17,014 bases of DNA from Paratractidigestivibacter sp. (GCA_963592455.1 CAVAWS010000088.1:1-17014); one strand, 5' to 3'; counted from the first letter of the stretch, positions 7,515 through 16,149 are shown. Notes: generated by a model from the sequence alone, not told the origin. Translations and numbers: made by a program.

Positions 7515-9128
7515 AAGTATTCTATCTCCACCAATTTCTTTAATTAAACCAGTAAAGTAACTTGCAATTATGTAAACTATCATACCAACAAATGCATATA
7601 TTAAAACTTCTATCATGCAACCTGTTTTATGTAATGAATTTAAAGGAATAATATGAGATAATAAAATTAATGAAACGACCATTATTAAGTTACATAATAT
7701 TATCTTAAATGTGTTTTTAGTTAGTTCTTTAAATTTTAAATTATGTTTTTTCTTTATGTACATTAATAAGTATAATGCTGGTAATAACTCTGTAATTAAA
7801 GTACAAATACTAGCTCCTTGATAAGCTCCCATACCTAATTTATGGCATAAATACATAAATGGAATATTACCAATAAAGTTAAGAATAAATGCAGTTGCAA
7901 GTGTAATTAAAACTTGTTTTGTATGATTTAATGTTTGAGCTATATTGATTACTACTGAGTATATTGCAAATGAAGCAGCTGTAAATATAAATAATTTAAA
8001 TATATCAATACTAACTTTTTTATAGCTATAGAAGATGATCCATATTGGTTTAGCTAAGAATGATATTCCAATAGTCATAGGAAGTGTTATGAAAAGTAAC
8101 ATTATAATTGCTAGACTGATTTTTCTATTTACTCTATCATGATCACCTTTAATGTTATCACTAGCAATATTTGGTATTAAACTTGTAGTTAATCCCATTG
8201 AAATGGATATTACAATCATTGTTAACTTGGCACCCCATGTAGCAAATGTAGAAAGAGCAAGTTCACTTACTTCTGCACTATAACCCATGTATGTCATTCC
8301 TCGTACAACAGTTAAAGAATCAACCATTCCATAAGCAGACTTTAATAAATCTATTACTATGAAAGGAATAGCACAAGCAATAATCTGTTTAGCAAGAGTT
8401 TTCTTATCAAGACCTTTTTCTTCTTTCTTATCTTTTGTCATAACAGAGAAAATTTCTTTGTTTTTTCTTTTCTTATAGTATAAATATAAGTATGCAGCAA
8501 TTGCTCCAATAGTAGCAGAGAAAACAGCAACAGCAATCGCAAATTTTTCATCTATTTTAAATTTATAGATACATAAATAACATCCTATTAATAAAAATGC
8601 TACTCTAGCTACTTGTTCTATGACGTTTGACCATGCTGCTTGTTTAAACATTTTTTGACCTTGGAAATATCCTTTTGTTACACTAAGCATAGGAACTATT
8701 AAAAGTGCACTTGATATTATTCTAATTACAAATGCTATGTCGGAGATACTATTTCCGCCTTTCATATTACCTATTAACATATGTGCAAGTTGTGGAGCAA
8801 ATACCATCATTAATATAAAACCAACTATACCAAGTATCATCATAAGAGATAAACCTATTTTATATACCCTTATTTTGGTATTGTTATATCCAAGAGAGTT
8901 ATATTCACTAATTATTTTACTCATAGCAGCGGGTATACCACTAGTAGATAAACTTAAAAATAAAGTATATATAGAATATGCGTAGCTATATAAAGCACCA
9001 CCAGCTGTTGAAATCATTGCATAAAAAGGTATTACGTATAAAAGCCCTATTACTTTACATGCAACAACTCCAAATATAGATATAAAAGAGTCATTTATAA
9101 AACTACTTTTCTTTTTTTCTTTTACCAT
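7491..9128 (-). CDS. MOP-superfamily flippase of the MurJ/SpoVB/YtgP type (annotated generically as polysaccharide biosynthesis protein); probable lipid II flippase
   Basis: 545 aa with about 14 predicted TM segments. The N-terminus, FINDSFISIFGVVACKVIGLLYVIPFYAMI, is typical of SpoVB/YtgP-family proteins. SD AAGGTGA precedes the start. Overlaps the racemase 3' end by 11 nt. Confidence 0.85.
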   Translation of the reverse strand: MVKEKKKSSFINDSFISIFGVVACKVIGLLYVIPFYAMISTAGGALYSYAYSIYTLFLSLSTSGIPAAMSKIISEYNSLGYNNTKIRVYKIGLSLMMILGIVGFILMMVFAPQLAHMLIGNMKGGNSISDIAFVIRIISSALLIVPMLSVTKGYFQGQKMFKQAAWSNVIEQVARVAFLLIGCYLCIYKFKIDEKFAIAVAVFSATIGAIAAYLYLYYKKRKNKEIFSVMTKDKKEEKGLDKKTLAKQIIACAIPFIVIDLLKSAYGMVDSLTVVRGMTYMGYSAEVSELALSTFATWGAKLTMIVISISMGLTTSLIPNIASDNIKGDHDRVNRKISLAIIMLLFITLPMTIGISFLAKPIWIIFYSYKKVSIDIFKLFIFTAASFAIYSVVINIAQTLNHTKQVLITLATAFILNFIGNIPFMYLCHKLGMGAYQGASICTLITELLPALYLLMYIKKKHNLKFKELTKNTFKIILCNLIMVVSLILLSHIIPLNSLHKTGCMIEVLIYAFVGMIVYIIASYFTGLIKEIGGDRILKKLRLKS

Positions 9129-9153
9129 TTAATCACCTTAATTTCCAAATATG

Positions 9154-9181
9154 ATTATAACATAATTAAATATCTTTTCAA
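9154..9181 (-). promoter_or_regulatory. Putative promoter for the flippase gene (-35 TTGAAA, 16-nt spacer, extended -10 TGTTATAAT, read on the minus strand)
   Basis: Plus-strand attataaca (9154-9162) is TGTTATAAT on the minus strand. Plus-strand tttcaa (9176-9181) is TTGAAA on the minus strand. Pattern only. Confidence 0.45.
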
Positions 9182-9227
9182 AGTTATAAACGAAACTGTT
9201 TTTAAATTATGTTTATTAAATAAGTTG

Positions 9228-9236
9228 TGATATAAT
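9228..9236 (+). promoter_or_regulatory. Putative extended -10 promoter element for uvrB (TGATATAAT); weak -35
   Basis: TG at 9228-9229 and TATAAT at 9231-9236, 24 nt upstream of ATG 9260. SD GAAGGGAAG at 9243-9251. Confidence 0.5.
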
Positions 9237-9259
9237 TTTTACGAAGGGAAGACAATAAT

Positions 9260-11215
9260 ATGTTTGAATTAAAATCAAAATTTAAACCATCTGGTGATCA
9301 GCCTGAAGCAATAAAAGAACTATCTAGAGGAATAGAAGATAAAAAAAGATATCAAGTATTGTTAGGTGCAACTGGAACTGGTAAGACTTTTACAATAGCT
9401 AATGTAATTAAAGAAGTAAACAAGCCAACTATAGTGCTTGCTCATAATAAAACATTAGCAGGGCAACTTTATTCAGAGTTAAAAGAACTATTTCCAAATA
9501 ATCATGTTTGTTATTTTGTATCTTATTATGATTATTATCAACCAGAAGCATATGTACCATCTAGTGATACATATATTGAAAAAGATTCTTCTATAAATGA
9601 TGAAATAGATGAATTAAGACATTATGCAACTTCTGCATTAATAAATGAAAAAGATGTTATTGTAGTAGCTTCGGTTTCTTGTATATATGGTATAGGAGAT
9701 AAAGAAGAGTATGAAAATCATATGCTTACCTTAAAAGTTGGAGATGAAATAGAAAGAAATGAGGTTTTATCTAAACTAGTTGATATGATGTATGAAAGAA
9801 ATAACATAGATTTAGCTCGTGGTACTTTTAGAGCAAAAGGTGATGTAATAGAAATTATTCCATCTTATGAAAGATCTCATGGTATAAGAATAGAACTTTT
9901 TGGAGATGAAATAGACAGGATTTCTGAATTTGATGTGTTAACTGGTACAATTATAAACAGTAAGAAATTTGTATCAATAATGCCTGCGTCTCACTTTGTA
10001 ACCGGAGAAGAAAAGTTAAAAAAAGCAATAGTTAACATAAAAGAGGAATTAGAAGACAGATTAAAATACTTTGAAGAAAATGATAAGCCACTTGAAAAAG
10101 AACGCCTGGAGCAAAGGTGCAGACATGATATAGAAATGCTAGAAGAAACAGGATTTTGTTCTGGAATAGAAAATTACTCTAGACATTTAGCTTTAAAAAA
10201 AGAAGGAGAGACACCTACCTGTCTTTTAGACTTTTTTTCGGATGACTATTTAATGGTTATTGATGAATCACATGTTACTTTACCACAAGTTAAGGCAATG
10301 TATAATGGTGATAGAGCAAGAAAACAAATGCTTGTTGATTATGGATTTAGACTTCCATCAGCGCTTGATAATAGACCTCTTAAATATGAGGAATTTGAGG
10401 AGAAAATAAATCAAGTTATATATGTATCTGCAACTCCTGGAGATGAAGAGTTAGATAAAGTGGATAACAAAGTAGTAGAACAAATTATTAGACCGACAGG
10501 ACTTTTAGATCCTTTAATAGAGGTTAGAAATTCAAGCAACCAGATAGATGATTTAATTGAGGAGATAGAAAAACAAATAGAAAAAGGTGATAGAACACTT
10601 GTTACTACACTAACTATTCGTATGGCAGAAGAATTAACTTCTTATCTTAAAAACTTAAATATAAAAGTAGCATATCTTCATAGTGAGGTTAAAACATTAG
10701 AAAGGCTAAAAATAATTCATGATTTAAGAGCAGGAAAGTATGATGTGCTAGTTGGAATTAATTTACTTAGAGAAGGTCTTGATATTCCTGAAGTTAGTTT
10801 AGTAGCTATTTTAGATGCGGATAAACAAGGATTTTTAAGAAGTCATAGAAGTTTGATACAAACTATTGGTAGATGTGCTAGAAATGCTGAAGGTAAGGTA
10901 ATTATGTATGGTGACATAGTTAGTGATGCAATGAAAACAGCTATAGAAGAAACAAAGAGAAGAAGGGCTATTCAAATTAAATATAATGAGGAACATCATA
11001 TAATTCCAAAGACGATAAATAAAAAAATAATGGATGTAGTTAGTATTAATGAAACTGATGATAAAAAGAAAAATAAAAATACTAAAAAACAAGTTAGTGA
11101 TAATGAAAAGATTATTAAAGAGTTAGAGGAAGAAATGCAAAAGGCAGCTAATAACTTAGACTTTGAGCGTGCTATGGAACTTCGTGATATAATATTTGAA
11201 ATGAAAGTAAATTAA
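9260..11215 (+). CDS. uvrB: Excinuclease ABC subunit B
   Basis: N-terminus [17 protein letters not shown]. Walker [15 protein letters not shown] box. Helicase motifs [13 protein letters not shown] and [10 protein letters not shown]-terminal UVR domain [17 protein letters not shown]. Confidence 0.97.
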   Translation: MFELKSKFKPSGDQPEAIKELSRGIEDKKRYQVLLGATGTGKTFTIANVIKEVNKPTIVLAHNKTLAGQLYSELKELFPNNHVCYFVSYYDYYQPEAYVPSSDTYIEKDSSINDEIDELRHYATSALINEKDVIVVASVSCIYGIGDKEEYENHMLTLKVGDEIERNEVLSKLVDMMYERNNIDLARGTFRAKGDVIEIIPSYERSHGIRIELFGDEIDRISEFDVLTGTIINSKKFVSIMPASHFVTGEEKLKKAIVNIKEELEDRLKYFEENDKPLEKERLEQRCRHDIEMLEETGFCSGIENYSRHLALKKEGETPTCLLDFFSDDYLMVIDESHVTLPQVKAMYNGDRARKQMLVDYGFRLPSALDNRPLKYEEFEEKINQVIYVSATPGDEELDKVDNKVVEQIIRPTGLLDPLIEVRNSSNQIDDLIEEIEKQIEKGDRTLVTTLTIRMAEELTSYLKNLNIKVAYLHSEVKTLERLKIIHDLRAGKYDVLVGINLLREGLDIPEVSLVAILDADKQGFLRSHRSLIQTIGRCARNAEGKVIMYGDIVSDAMKTAIEETKRRRAIQIKYNEEHHIIPKTINKKIMDVVSINETDDKKKNKNTKKQVSDNEKIIKELEEEMQKAANNLDFERAMELRDIIFEMKVN

Positions 11216-11234
11216 CATATTATTTATTATGTTT

Positions 11235-11259
11235 AGTCATGCGTAAGCATGGCTTTTTA
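11235..11259 (+). terminator. Rho-independent terminator between uvrB and uvrA
   Basis: 8-bp stem AGTCATGC (11235-11242) / GCATGGCT (11247-11254) with one G:U pair and a GTAA tetraloop, followed by a TTTTT run. Confidence 0.7.
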
Positions 11260-11263
11260 TATA

Positions 11264-11292
11264 TTGCAATAAGTACAATTGTTTGATATAAT
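11264..11292 (+). promoter_or_regulatory. Putative sigma-A promoter for uvrA (-35 TTGCAA, 17-nt spacer, -10 TATAAT)
   Basis: TTGCAA at 11264-11269 and TATAAT at 11287-11292. A second candidate extended -10, TGATAGAAT, lies at 11317-11325. SD GAAGGTGA at 11334-11341 precedes GTG 11347. Confidence 0.6.
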
Positions 11293-11346
11293 TGATGTAT
11301 AAATTTAGTTGTTTTATGATAGAATATTAAACTGAAGGTGATTTAA

Positions 11347-14157
11347 GTGGATAAAATTATAGTAAAAGGTGCTAGAGAAAATAATTTAAAAAATGTTAAT
11401 ATAGAAATACCAAAAAATAAATTAACGGTAATGACAGGAGTATCAGGAAGTGGTAAGTCGTCGCTTGCTTTTGATACTATATATGCAGAAGGCCAAAGAA
11501 GATATGTGGAAAGTTTATCTGCCTATGCAAGACAATTTTTAGGAAGTACAACAAAACCTGATGTTGATTCGATAGAAGGACTTTCTCCATCAATTTCAAT
11601 AGATCAAAAAACGACTAATAACAATCCTAGATCAACTGTTGGAACTGTTACAGAAATATATGATTATTTCAGACTTTTATTTGCACGTATTGGTGTACCA
11701 TATTGTCCTAATCATAATATTCCAATATCTAGTCAATCAATAGAAGAAATGACGACTCAAATAATGAACGAAAAAGACAAAACAAAACTAATTATTATGT
11801 CTCCAGTTGTATATGGCCAAAAGGGTACATTTAAAGATTTGATTGACAACTTAAGAAAAGATGGCTATGTAAGGGTAAAAATAGATGATGAAGTAAAGGA
11901 TTTAAGTGATGATATTGTCCTTGATAAAAATAAAAAACATAATATACTTGTAATAATAGATAGGGTAATTAAAAAAGAAGACTCAAGAAGTAGAATATAT
12001 GAAGCAATAGAACTTGCTTGTAAATTGTCAAAAGGTAAAGCAGTTGTTGAAGTACCAGGAAGTAAAGAAATAGTTATGAGTGAGGCATTTGCATGTCCAC
12101 ATTGTGATTTTTCCCTAGAAGAACTAGAACCTAGAATGTTTTCATTTAATGCACCATACGGTTCATGCCCAGATTGTAAGGGACTTGGGTTTAAACAAAA
12201 GATTAGTGAGAAATTGATTATTCCTGATAAGGAAAAAACACTTGCAAGGGGCGGAATAGAACCTCTTGCTGGTATGGATGATCAAAATATTTACATAAAA
12301 AAACTAGAAATAGTTTGTAATAAATATAATATTGATATGAACAAAAAGATGAAAGATTTAACTAAGAAGGAGTTAGATATAATTCTTTATGGAACAAAAG
12401 AACCTATAGAGTTTAATTTTAAAACAAGAAGTGGTAATCAAATGAATAGTTATGAACCATATGAGGGTGTTTTAAATAATCTAGAAAGAAGATATTTTGA
12501 AACAAATAGCGAGTTCATAAGAGAATGGCTTGGTAAGTACATGGTAGAGCTTACTTGTCCTACTTGTAAAGGAAAAAGACTTAAAGAAAGTGTATTATCT
12601 GTTTTGATAAATAAAAAGAACATCATTGATTTAACTGATATGAATGTAGATAAGTTATATAATTTCTTTGATAAATTGAAGCTTAGTAAAGAAAAAGAAG
12701 AAATAGCGCATCTTTTGATTAAAGAAATAAAATCTAGATTAGAGTTTTTACATAATGTGGGATTAGGTTATTTAACTTTATCTAGAAGTGCTGGTACATT
12801 ATCAGGAGGAGAAGCTCAAAGAATTAGACTTGCAACACAAATAGGATCTCAGTTAACAGGAGTTTTATATGTGTTAGACGAACCATCTATAGGACTTCAT
12901 CAAAGAGATAATCAAAGACTTATAGATTCACTTTTAAAAATGAGAGATCTTGGTAATACCTTAATAGTAGTAGAACATGATACTGATACAATGTTAGAAG
13001 CTGATTATTTAGTTGATGTAGGTCCAGGCGCAGGTGATCATGGAGGTACTATTGTATCTTGTGGAACTCCAGAAGAAGTTATGCAAGATGATAATAGTTT
13101 AACTGGAAGATATTTAAGTGGTAAAGAAAAAATAGAGGTTCCTAAAAAAAGAAGAAAAGGTAATGGAAAATTTATAGAAATAAAGGGAGCTAAAGAAAAT
13201 AACTTAAAGAATATAAATGTTAAGTTCCCGCTTGGAAAACTTGTACTTGTAACAGGAGTATCAGGTTCTGGTAAGAGTAGCTTAGTAAATGAAATTTTAT
13301 ATAAATCACTTATGCTTGAAGTTTATAATTCACGTGTTATACCTGGAAAGCATAAAAGTATCAAAGGTACTGAAAACATAGATAAAGTAATAGATATAAC
13401 ACAAGATCCAATAGGAAGAACGCCTCGTAGTAATCCTGCAACATACATAGGTGTATTTGATGATATAAGAGATGTTTTTGCTAACACTAAAGAAGCAAAA
13501 ATAAGAGGTTATGAAAAAGGTAGATTTTCATTTAATGTAAAAGGTGGTAGGTGTGAAGCTTGCTGGGGAGACGGTGTTAAAAAAATTTCAATGAATTTTT
13601 TACCAGATGTTTATGTTCCTTGTGAAGTATGTGGTGGCACTAGATTTAATAAGGAAACGTTAGAGGTAAAATATAAGGGAAAAACCATATATGATGTACT
13701 TGGAATGCGCACGGAAGAAGCATTAGAATTTTTTGAAAATCATCCAAAGATAAAAAGAAAACTTCAGGTTTTAATGGATGTAGGGCTAGGTTATATTAAA
13801 TTGGGACAAAGTGCACCTACCCTATCAGGAGGAGAAGCATCGCGTGTTAAGCTTGCTAAAGAGCTTCAAAAGAAACCAACTGGTAAAAGTATATTTATCT
13901 TAGATGAACCTACAACTGGACTTCATAGTGATGATATAAAAAAATTACTTGTTATACTAAATAGAATAGTTGATAACGGAGATACGGTTGTAGTTATTGA
14001 GCATAATCTTGATGTTATAAAAGTGGCTGATCACATAATTGACCTTGGACCAGAAGGTGGTGACGAAGGAGGAACCATTATTTGTGAAGGGACTCCTGAG
14101 AAGGTAGCTAAATGTAAAGAATCATATACTGGACAGTATTTAAAGAAAGTTTTATAA
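11347..14157 (+). CDS. uvrA: Excinuclease ABC subunit A
   Basis: GTG start. Two ABC modules, each with GVSGSGKSS, LSGGE and LDEP boxes. Zinc-finger Cys clusters: CPHC...CPDC, CPTCKG, and CEAC...CEVCGG. Confidence 0.97.
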   Translation: MDKIIVKGARENNLKNVNIEIPKNKLTVMTGVSGSGKSSLAFDTIYAEGQRRYVESLSAYARQFLGSTTKPDVDSIEGLSPSISIDQKTTNNNPRSTVGTVTEIYDYFRLLFARIGVPYCPNHNIPISSQSIEEMTTQIMNEKDKTKLIIMSPVVYGQKGTFKDLIDNLRKDGYVRVKIDDEVKDLSDDIVLDKNKKHNILVIIDRVIKKEDSRSRIYEAIELACKLSKGKAVVEVPGSKEIVMSEAFACPHCDFSLEELEPRMFSFNAPYGSCPDCKGLGFKQKISEKLIIPDKEKTLARGGIEPLAGMDDQNIYIKKLEIVCNKYNIDMNKKMKDLTKKELDIILYGTKEPIEFNFKTRSGNQMNSYEPYEGVLNNLERRYFETNSEFIREWLGKYMVELTCPTCKGKRLKESVLSVLINKKNIIDLTDMNVDKLYNFFDKLKLSKEKEEIAHLLIKEIKSRLEFLHNVGLGYLTLSRSAGTLSGGEAQRIRLATQIGSQLTGVLYVLDEPSIGLHQRDNQRLIDSLLKMRDLGNTLIVVEHDTDTMLEADYLVDVGPGAGDHGGTIVSCGTPEEVMQDDNSLTGRYLSGKEKIEVPKKRRKGNGKFIEIKGAKENNLKNINVKFPLGKLVLVTGVSGSGKSSLVNEILYKSLMLEVYNSRVIPGKHKSIKGTENIDKVIDITQDPIGRTPRSNPATYIGVFDDIRDVFANTKEAKIRGYEKGRFSFNVKGGRCEACWGDGVKKISMNFLPDVYVPCEVCGGTRFNKETLEVKYKGKTIYDVLGMRTEEALEFFENHPKIKRKLQVLMDVGLGYIKLGQSAPTLSGGEASRVKLAKELQKKPTGKSIFILDEPTTGLHSDDIKKLLVILNRIVDNGDTVVVIEHNLDVIKVADHIIDLGPEGGDEGGTIICEGTPEKVAKCKESYTGQYLKKVL

Positions 14158-14188
14158 TTGGCGAAGGATTTGAAAGTTAAAGTAGAAT

Positions 14189-14228
14189 AATAAGATAGAA
14201 GCGATATTACTTTTATCTTATTTTTTTA
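14189..14228 (+). terminator. Rho-independent terminator after uvrA
   Basis: Stem TAAGATAGAAG (14191-14201) / CTTTTATCTTA (14210-14220) with one mismatch and an 8-nt loop, followed by TTTTTTT (14221-14227). The stem is AT-rich. Confidence 0.55.
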
Positions 14229-14252
14229 TGAATTTCTTATGATTTAAATATT

Positions 14253-14281
14253 AACTTTAAAAACTTTAAAAATGATAAAAT
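14253..14281 (+). promoter_or_regulatory. Perfect tandem 9-mer AACTTTAAA x2 (14253-14270) abutting a putative extended -10 TGATAAAAT (14273-14281) upstream of the ArpU-like gene
   Basis: Direct reading of the sequence. The repeats occupy the place where a -35 or operator would sit. SD GGAGG at 14293-14297 precedes ATG 14306. Confidence 0.4.
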
Positions 14282-14305
14282 ATTCTTGATACGGAGGTAT
14301 ATATA

Positions 14306-14710
14306 ATGAGTGATGTTAAAATTTCATGGATTGATACAAAAAAGAACATAGAACATTTAGCAGAAAAGTATAACTTATATACATTATCCGTTTGTATGCC
14401 ACAAGAATCGTTAGAAGAAAATTATAAGTTGAAGTTAATTTCCACTTCTGACGTAGTGGAAAAATACATAAAAATACCTAAGGATGAAATATCAAAAAGA
14501 ATAGACTTTATAAATTATGTAAGATTTTCATACAACAAATTAACAAGCGATGAAAGAAAGATTATTTACTGGACATATTTTGATAAAGAAAACAGGTATG
14601 ATGACAGATACATTGCAAATAACTTAGGTTTTTCACTTGGTTATTATTATATTAAAAAGAAAGATACGCTAATAAGATTTGCGTTTTCATTAGGAATAGA
14701 GGTTAAATAA
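14306..14710 (+). CDS. ArpU/RinA-like phage-type transcriptional regulator (sigma-70 region-4-like HTH), orphan copy
   Basis: 134 aa. The N-terminus IDTKKNIEHLAEKYNLY matches the ArpU-family ID.K.T......L..Y start. The C-terminus LTSDERKIIYWTYFDKE..DDRYIANNLGFSLGYYYIKKKDTLIRFAFSLG matches the family HTH pattern L...E..I....Y.....D..IA..LG.S...YY..K..AL..FA. Recognised from memory of the family, not from a search. Confidence 0.6.
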   Translation: MSDVKISWIDTKKNIEHLAEKYNLYTLSVCMPQESLEENYKLKLISTSDVVEKYIKIPKDEISKRIDFINYVRFSYNKLTSDERKIIYWTYFDKENRYDDRYIANNLGFSLGYYYIKKKDTLIRFAFSLGIEVK

Positions 14711-14874
14711 TGGTAGGAAGAATAAAAAGATTATATCCAAATTACTTAATATTAATAAGAAAAAATAATAATTTATATAATTTGGATGGGGAAATAATAA
14801 ATAAAAACAAAATAAAGACAAAATATGTAATTATAGATGAATTTATGTACGAAGTTCACAAAAAAAGAACTTAG
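14710..14874 (+). CDS. Unlisted 54-aa ORF translationally coupled to the ArpU-like gene; hypothetical protein
   Basis: My translation is MVGRIKRLYPNYLILIRKNNNLYNLDGEIINKNKIKTKYVIIDEFMYEVHKKRT. GAGG at 14699-14702 sits 7 nt before the ATG. The ATG overlaps the upstream stop (TAATG). The ORF fills the gap that is otherwise unassigned and is below the ORF-track length cut-off. Confidence 0.45.
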   Translation: MVGRIKRLYPNYLILIRKNNNLYNLDGEIINKNKIKTKYVIIDEFMYEVHKKRT

Positions 14875-14910
14875 TTTTTTATAATATTAATTATTATTTT
14901 TAGTTTGCTG

Positions 14911-14919
14911 TGATATAAT
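14911..14919 (+). promoter_or_regulatory. Putative extended -10 element (TGATATAAT) for the holin-like/lgt/TrxR-like operon
   Basis: TG at 14911-14912 and TATAAT at 14914-14919. SD GGTGG at 14926-14930 precedes ATG 14936. The -35 is weak. Confidence 0.4.
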
Positions 14920-14935
14920 TATAGTGGTGGTAATT

Positions 14936-15349
14936 ATGAAGAAAGGTAAAAATAATAATTTTGTTAATAAAATAAACATATTTTTAGAGTGGCTTATATA
15001 TATGCTTGTATATGCTCTTATTTTATGGACGTCATCTCAAGTATTTAAATCAATATACATTGAAAACTTTTTGGTTGGATTTATTTCAGCAGTAATAATA
15101 TATATATTAAATAAGACTTTAAAGCCATTTTTAGTTACTTTATCAATTCCTATAATAGGAATGACACTTGGCTTATTTTATTTCGTTATAAATTTTATTA
15201 TTTTACTTATAACTGATTTAATTATGGGAAAATATGTTTATATGACAGGATTTTTATCACCTTTTATAGTATCTATACTAATTAGTATAGTAAATTTAAT
15301 AGTTGATAATTTAATTATTAAACCTATATTAGAAAGGTGTGAGGAATAA
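14936..15349 (+). CDS. PF04020 (phage holin 4_2 / DUF360, YvlD-like) small integral membrane protein
   Basis: Four hydrophobic segments with the family core LNKTLKPFLVTLSIPIIGMTLGLFYFVINFIILLITDL. ATG 14936 is preferred over the track GTG 14924 because GGTGG sits 5 nt upstream and GTG 14924 falls only 4 nt after the -10 hexamer. TAATG overlap with lgt. Confidence 0.8.
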   Translation: MKKGKNNNFVNKINIFLEWLIYMLVYALILWTSSQVFKSIYIENFLVGFISAVIIYILNKTLKPFLVTLSIPIIGMTLGLFYFVINFIILLITDLIMGKYVYMTGFLSPFIVSILISIVNLIVDNLIIKPILERCEE

Positions 15350-16149
15350 TGAATCCAGTAGCTTTAAAACTTGGTAATTTAACAGTAACTTGGTACGCTA
15401 TATTTATTCTTTCTGGAATAATAGTTGCATATATACTAATTAATAAAGAATCAAAGAAATATAATATTTCTTCTTCTTTTGTTTCTAACCTAATTTTTTG
15501 GTGTGTTATATTTGGAATAATAGGTGCAAGAATATATTATGTCTTGTTTAATTTAGATTATTATATGCAAGATCCAATAGAGATAATAAAAATATGGAAT
15601 GGTGGTTTAGCTATACACGGTGGAATAATAGCAGGGATAATAACTTTAGTAGTATATTGTAAGAAGTATAAAATTAATATATTAAAAATGACTGATATTG
15701 CATGTGTTGGTGTAATTATTGCACAAGCAATAGGACGTTGGGGTAACTTTTTTAATGGTGAAGCTCATGGCGGAATAGTATCTAGAACTTTTTTAGAGAA
15801 TCTTCATTTACCTAATTTTATAATAGAGGGTATGCACATAGGAAAGTATTATTATGCTCCAACATACTTATATGAGTCTATTTTAAATGTTATTGGTTTT
15901 ATATTGTTGATAATTATAAGAAAGTTTAAAAAAACAAAACTTGGAAACATAACTGCATTATATTTAATTTGGTATGGAATTGTAAGATTTATAATTGAGA
16001 GTATGAGAACTGATAGTCTTCTTTTAGGAAGTATAAAAATAGCACAATTAATATCTATAATTATGATTATAATAGGTATAATTATGTTAGCAGTAACTAG
16101 TATAAAATGCGACAGATATAAAAACGTAGAAGGTGGTTCTAATGAATAA
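15349..16149 (+). CDS. lgt: Prolipoprotein (phosphatidylglycerol) diacylglyceryl transferase
   Basis: TWYAIFILSGI at the N-terminus, IWNGGLAIHGG, the Lgt signature GRWGNFFNGEAHG, and WYGIVRFIIESMRTD. Confidence 0.95.
   Translation: MNPVALKLGNLTVTWYAIFILSGIIVAYILINKESKKYNISSSFVSNLIFWCVIFGIIGARIYYVLFNLDYYMQDPIEIIKIWNGGLAIHGGIIAGIITLVVYCKKYKINILKMTDIACVGVIIAQAIGRWGNFFNGEAHGGIVSRTFLENLHLPNFIIEGMHIGKYYYAPTYLYESILNVIGFILLIIIRKFKKTKLGNITALYLIWYGIVRFIIESMRTDSLLLGSIKIAQLISIIMIIIGIIMLAVTSIKCDRYKNVEGGSNE

Noticed and set aside
9189-9204. Possible LexA/Cheo box upstream of uvrB (AAACGAAACTGTTT)
   Set aside because: The half-sites are AAAC/GTTT with a 6-nt spacer, not GAAC-N4-GTTC. The alternative register GAAA-CTGT-TTTT has three core mismatches. 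This is not distinguishable from chance in AT-rich DNA.
14710-14874. Resemblance of the 54-aa ORF (IKRLYPNYLILIRKNNNLYNLDGEII) to the start of MutS domain I (K..YPD.LL.FR.GDFYE.F.EDA)
   Set aside because: The match covers about 20 residues in a low-complexity Asn/Lys/Ile-rich peptide, and the key GDFYE residues are not conserved. It cannot be supported without a profile search, so it is noted only as something to test.
14306-14874. Toxin-antitoxin interpretation of the coupled 134-aa / 54-aa gene pair
   Set aside because: The gene order and sizes are atypical for type II TA systems. The larger protein looks like an ArpU-type HTH regulator rather than a toxin fold. No toxin motif such as PIN, RelE, MazF or Doc is recognisable.
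14924-14935. GTG 14924 as the start of the holin-like membrane protein (track start)
   Set aside because: It lies only 4 nt after the candidate -10 hexamer and has no SD. ATG 14936 has GGTGG 5 nt upstream and gives a typical MKKGK N-terminus.
14158-14935. Integrated prophage or mobile element around the ArpU-like gene
   Set aside because: There is no integrase, recombinase, terminase or structural gene. There is no tRNA target. I could find no flanking direct repeats beyond trivial A/T runs. At most this is a remnant.
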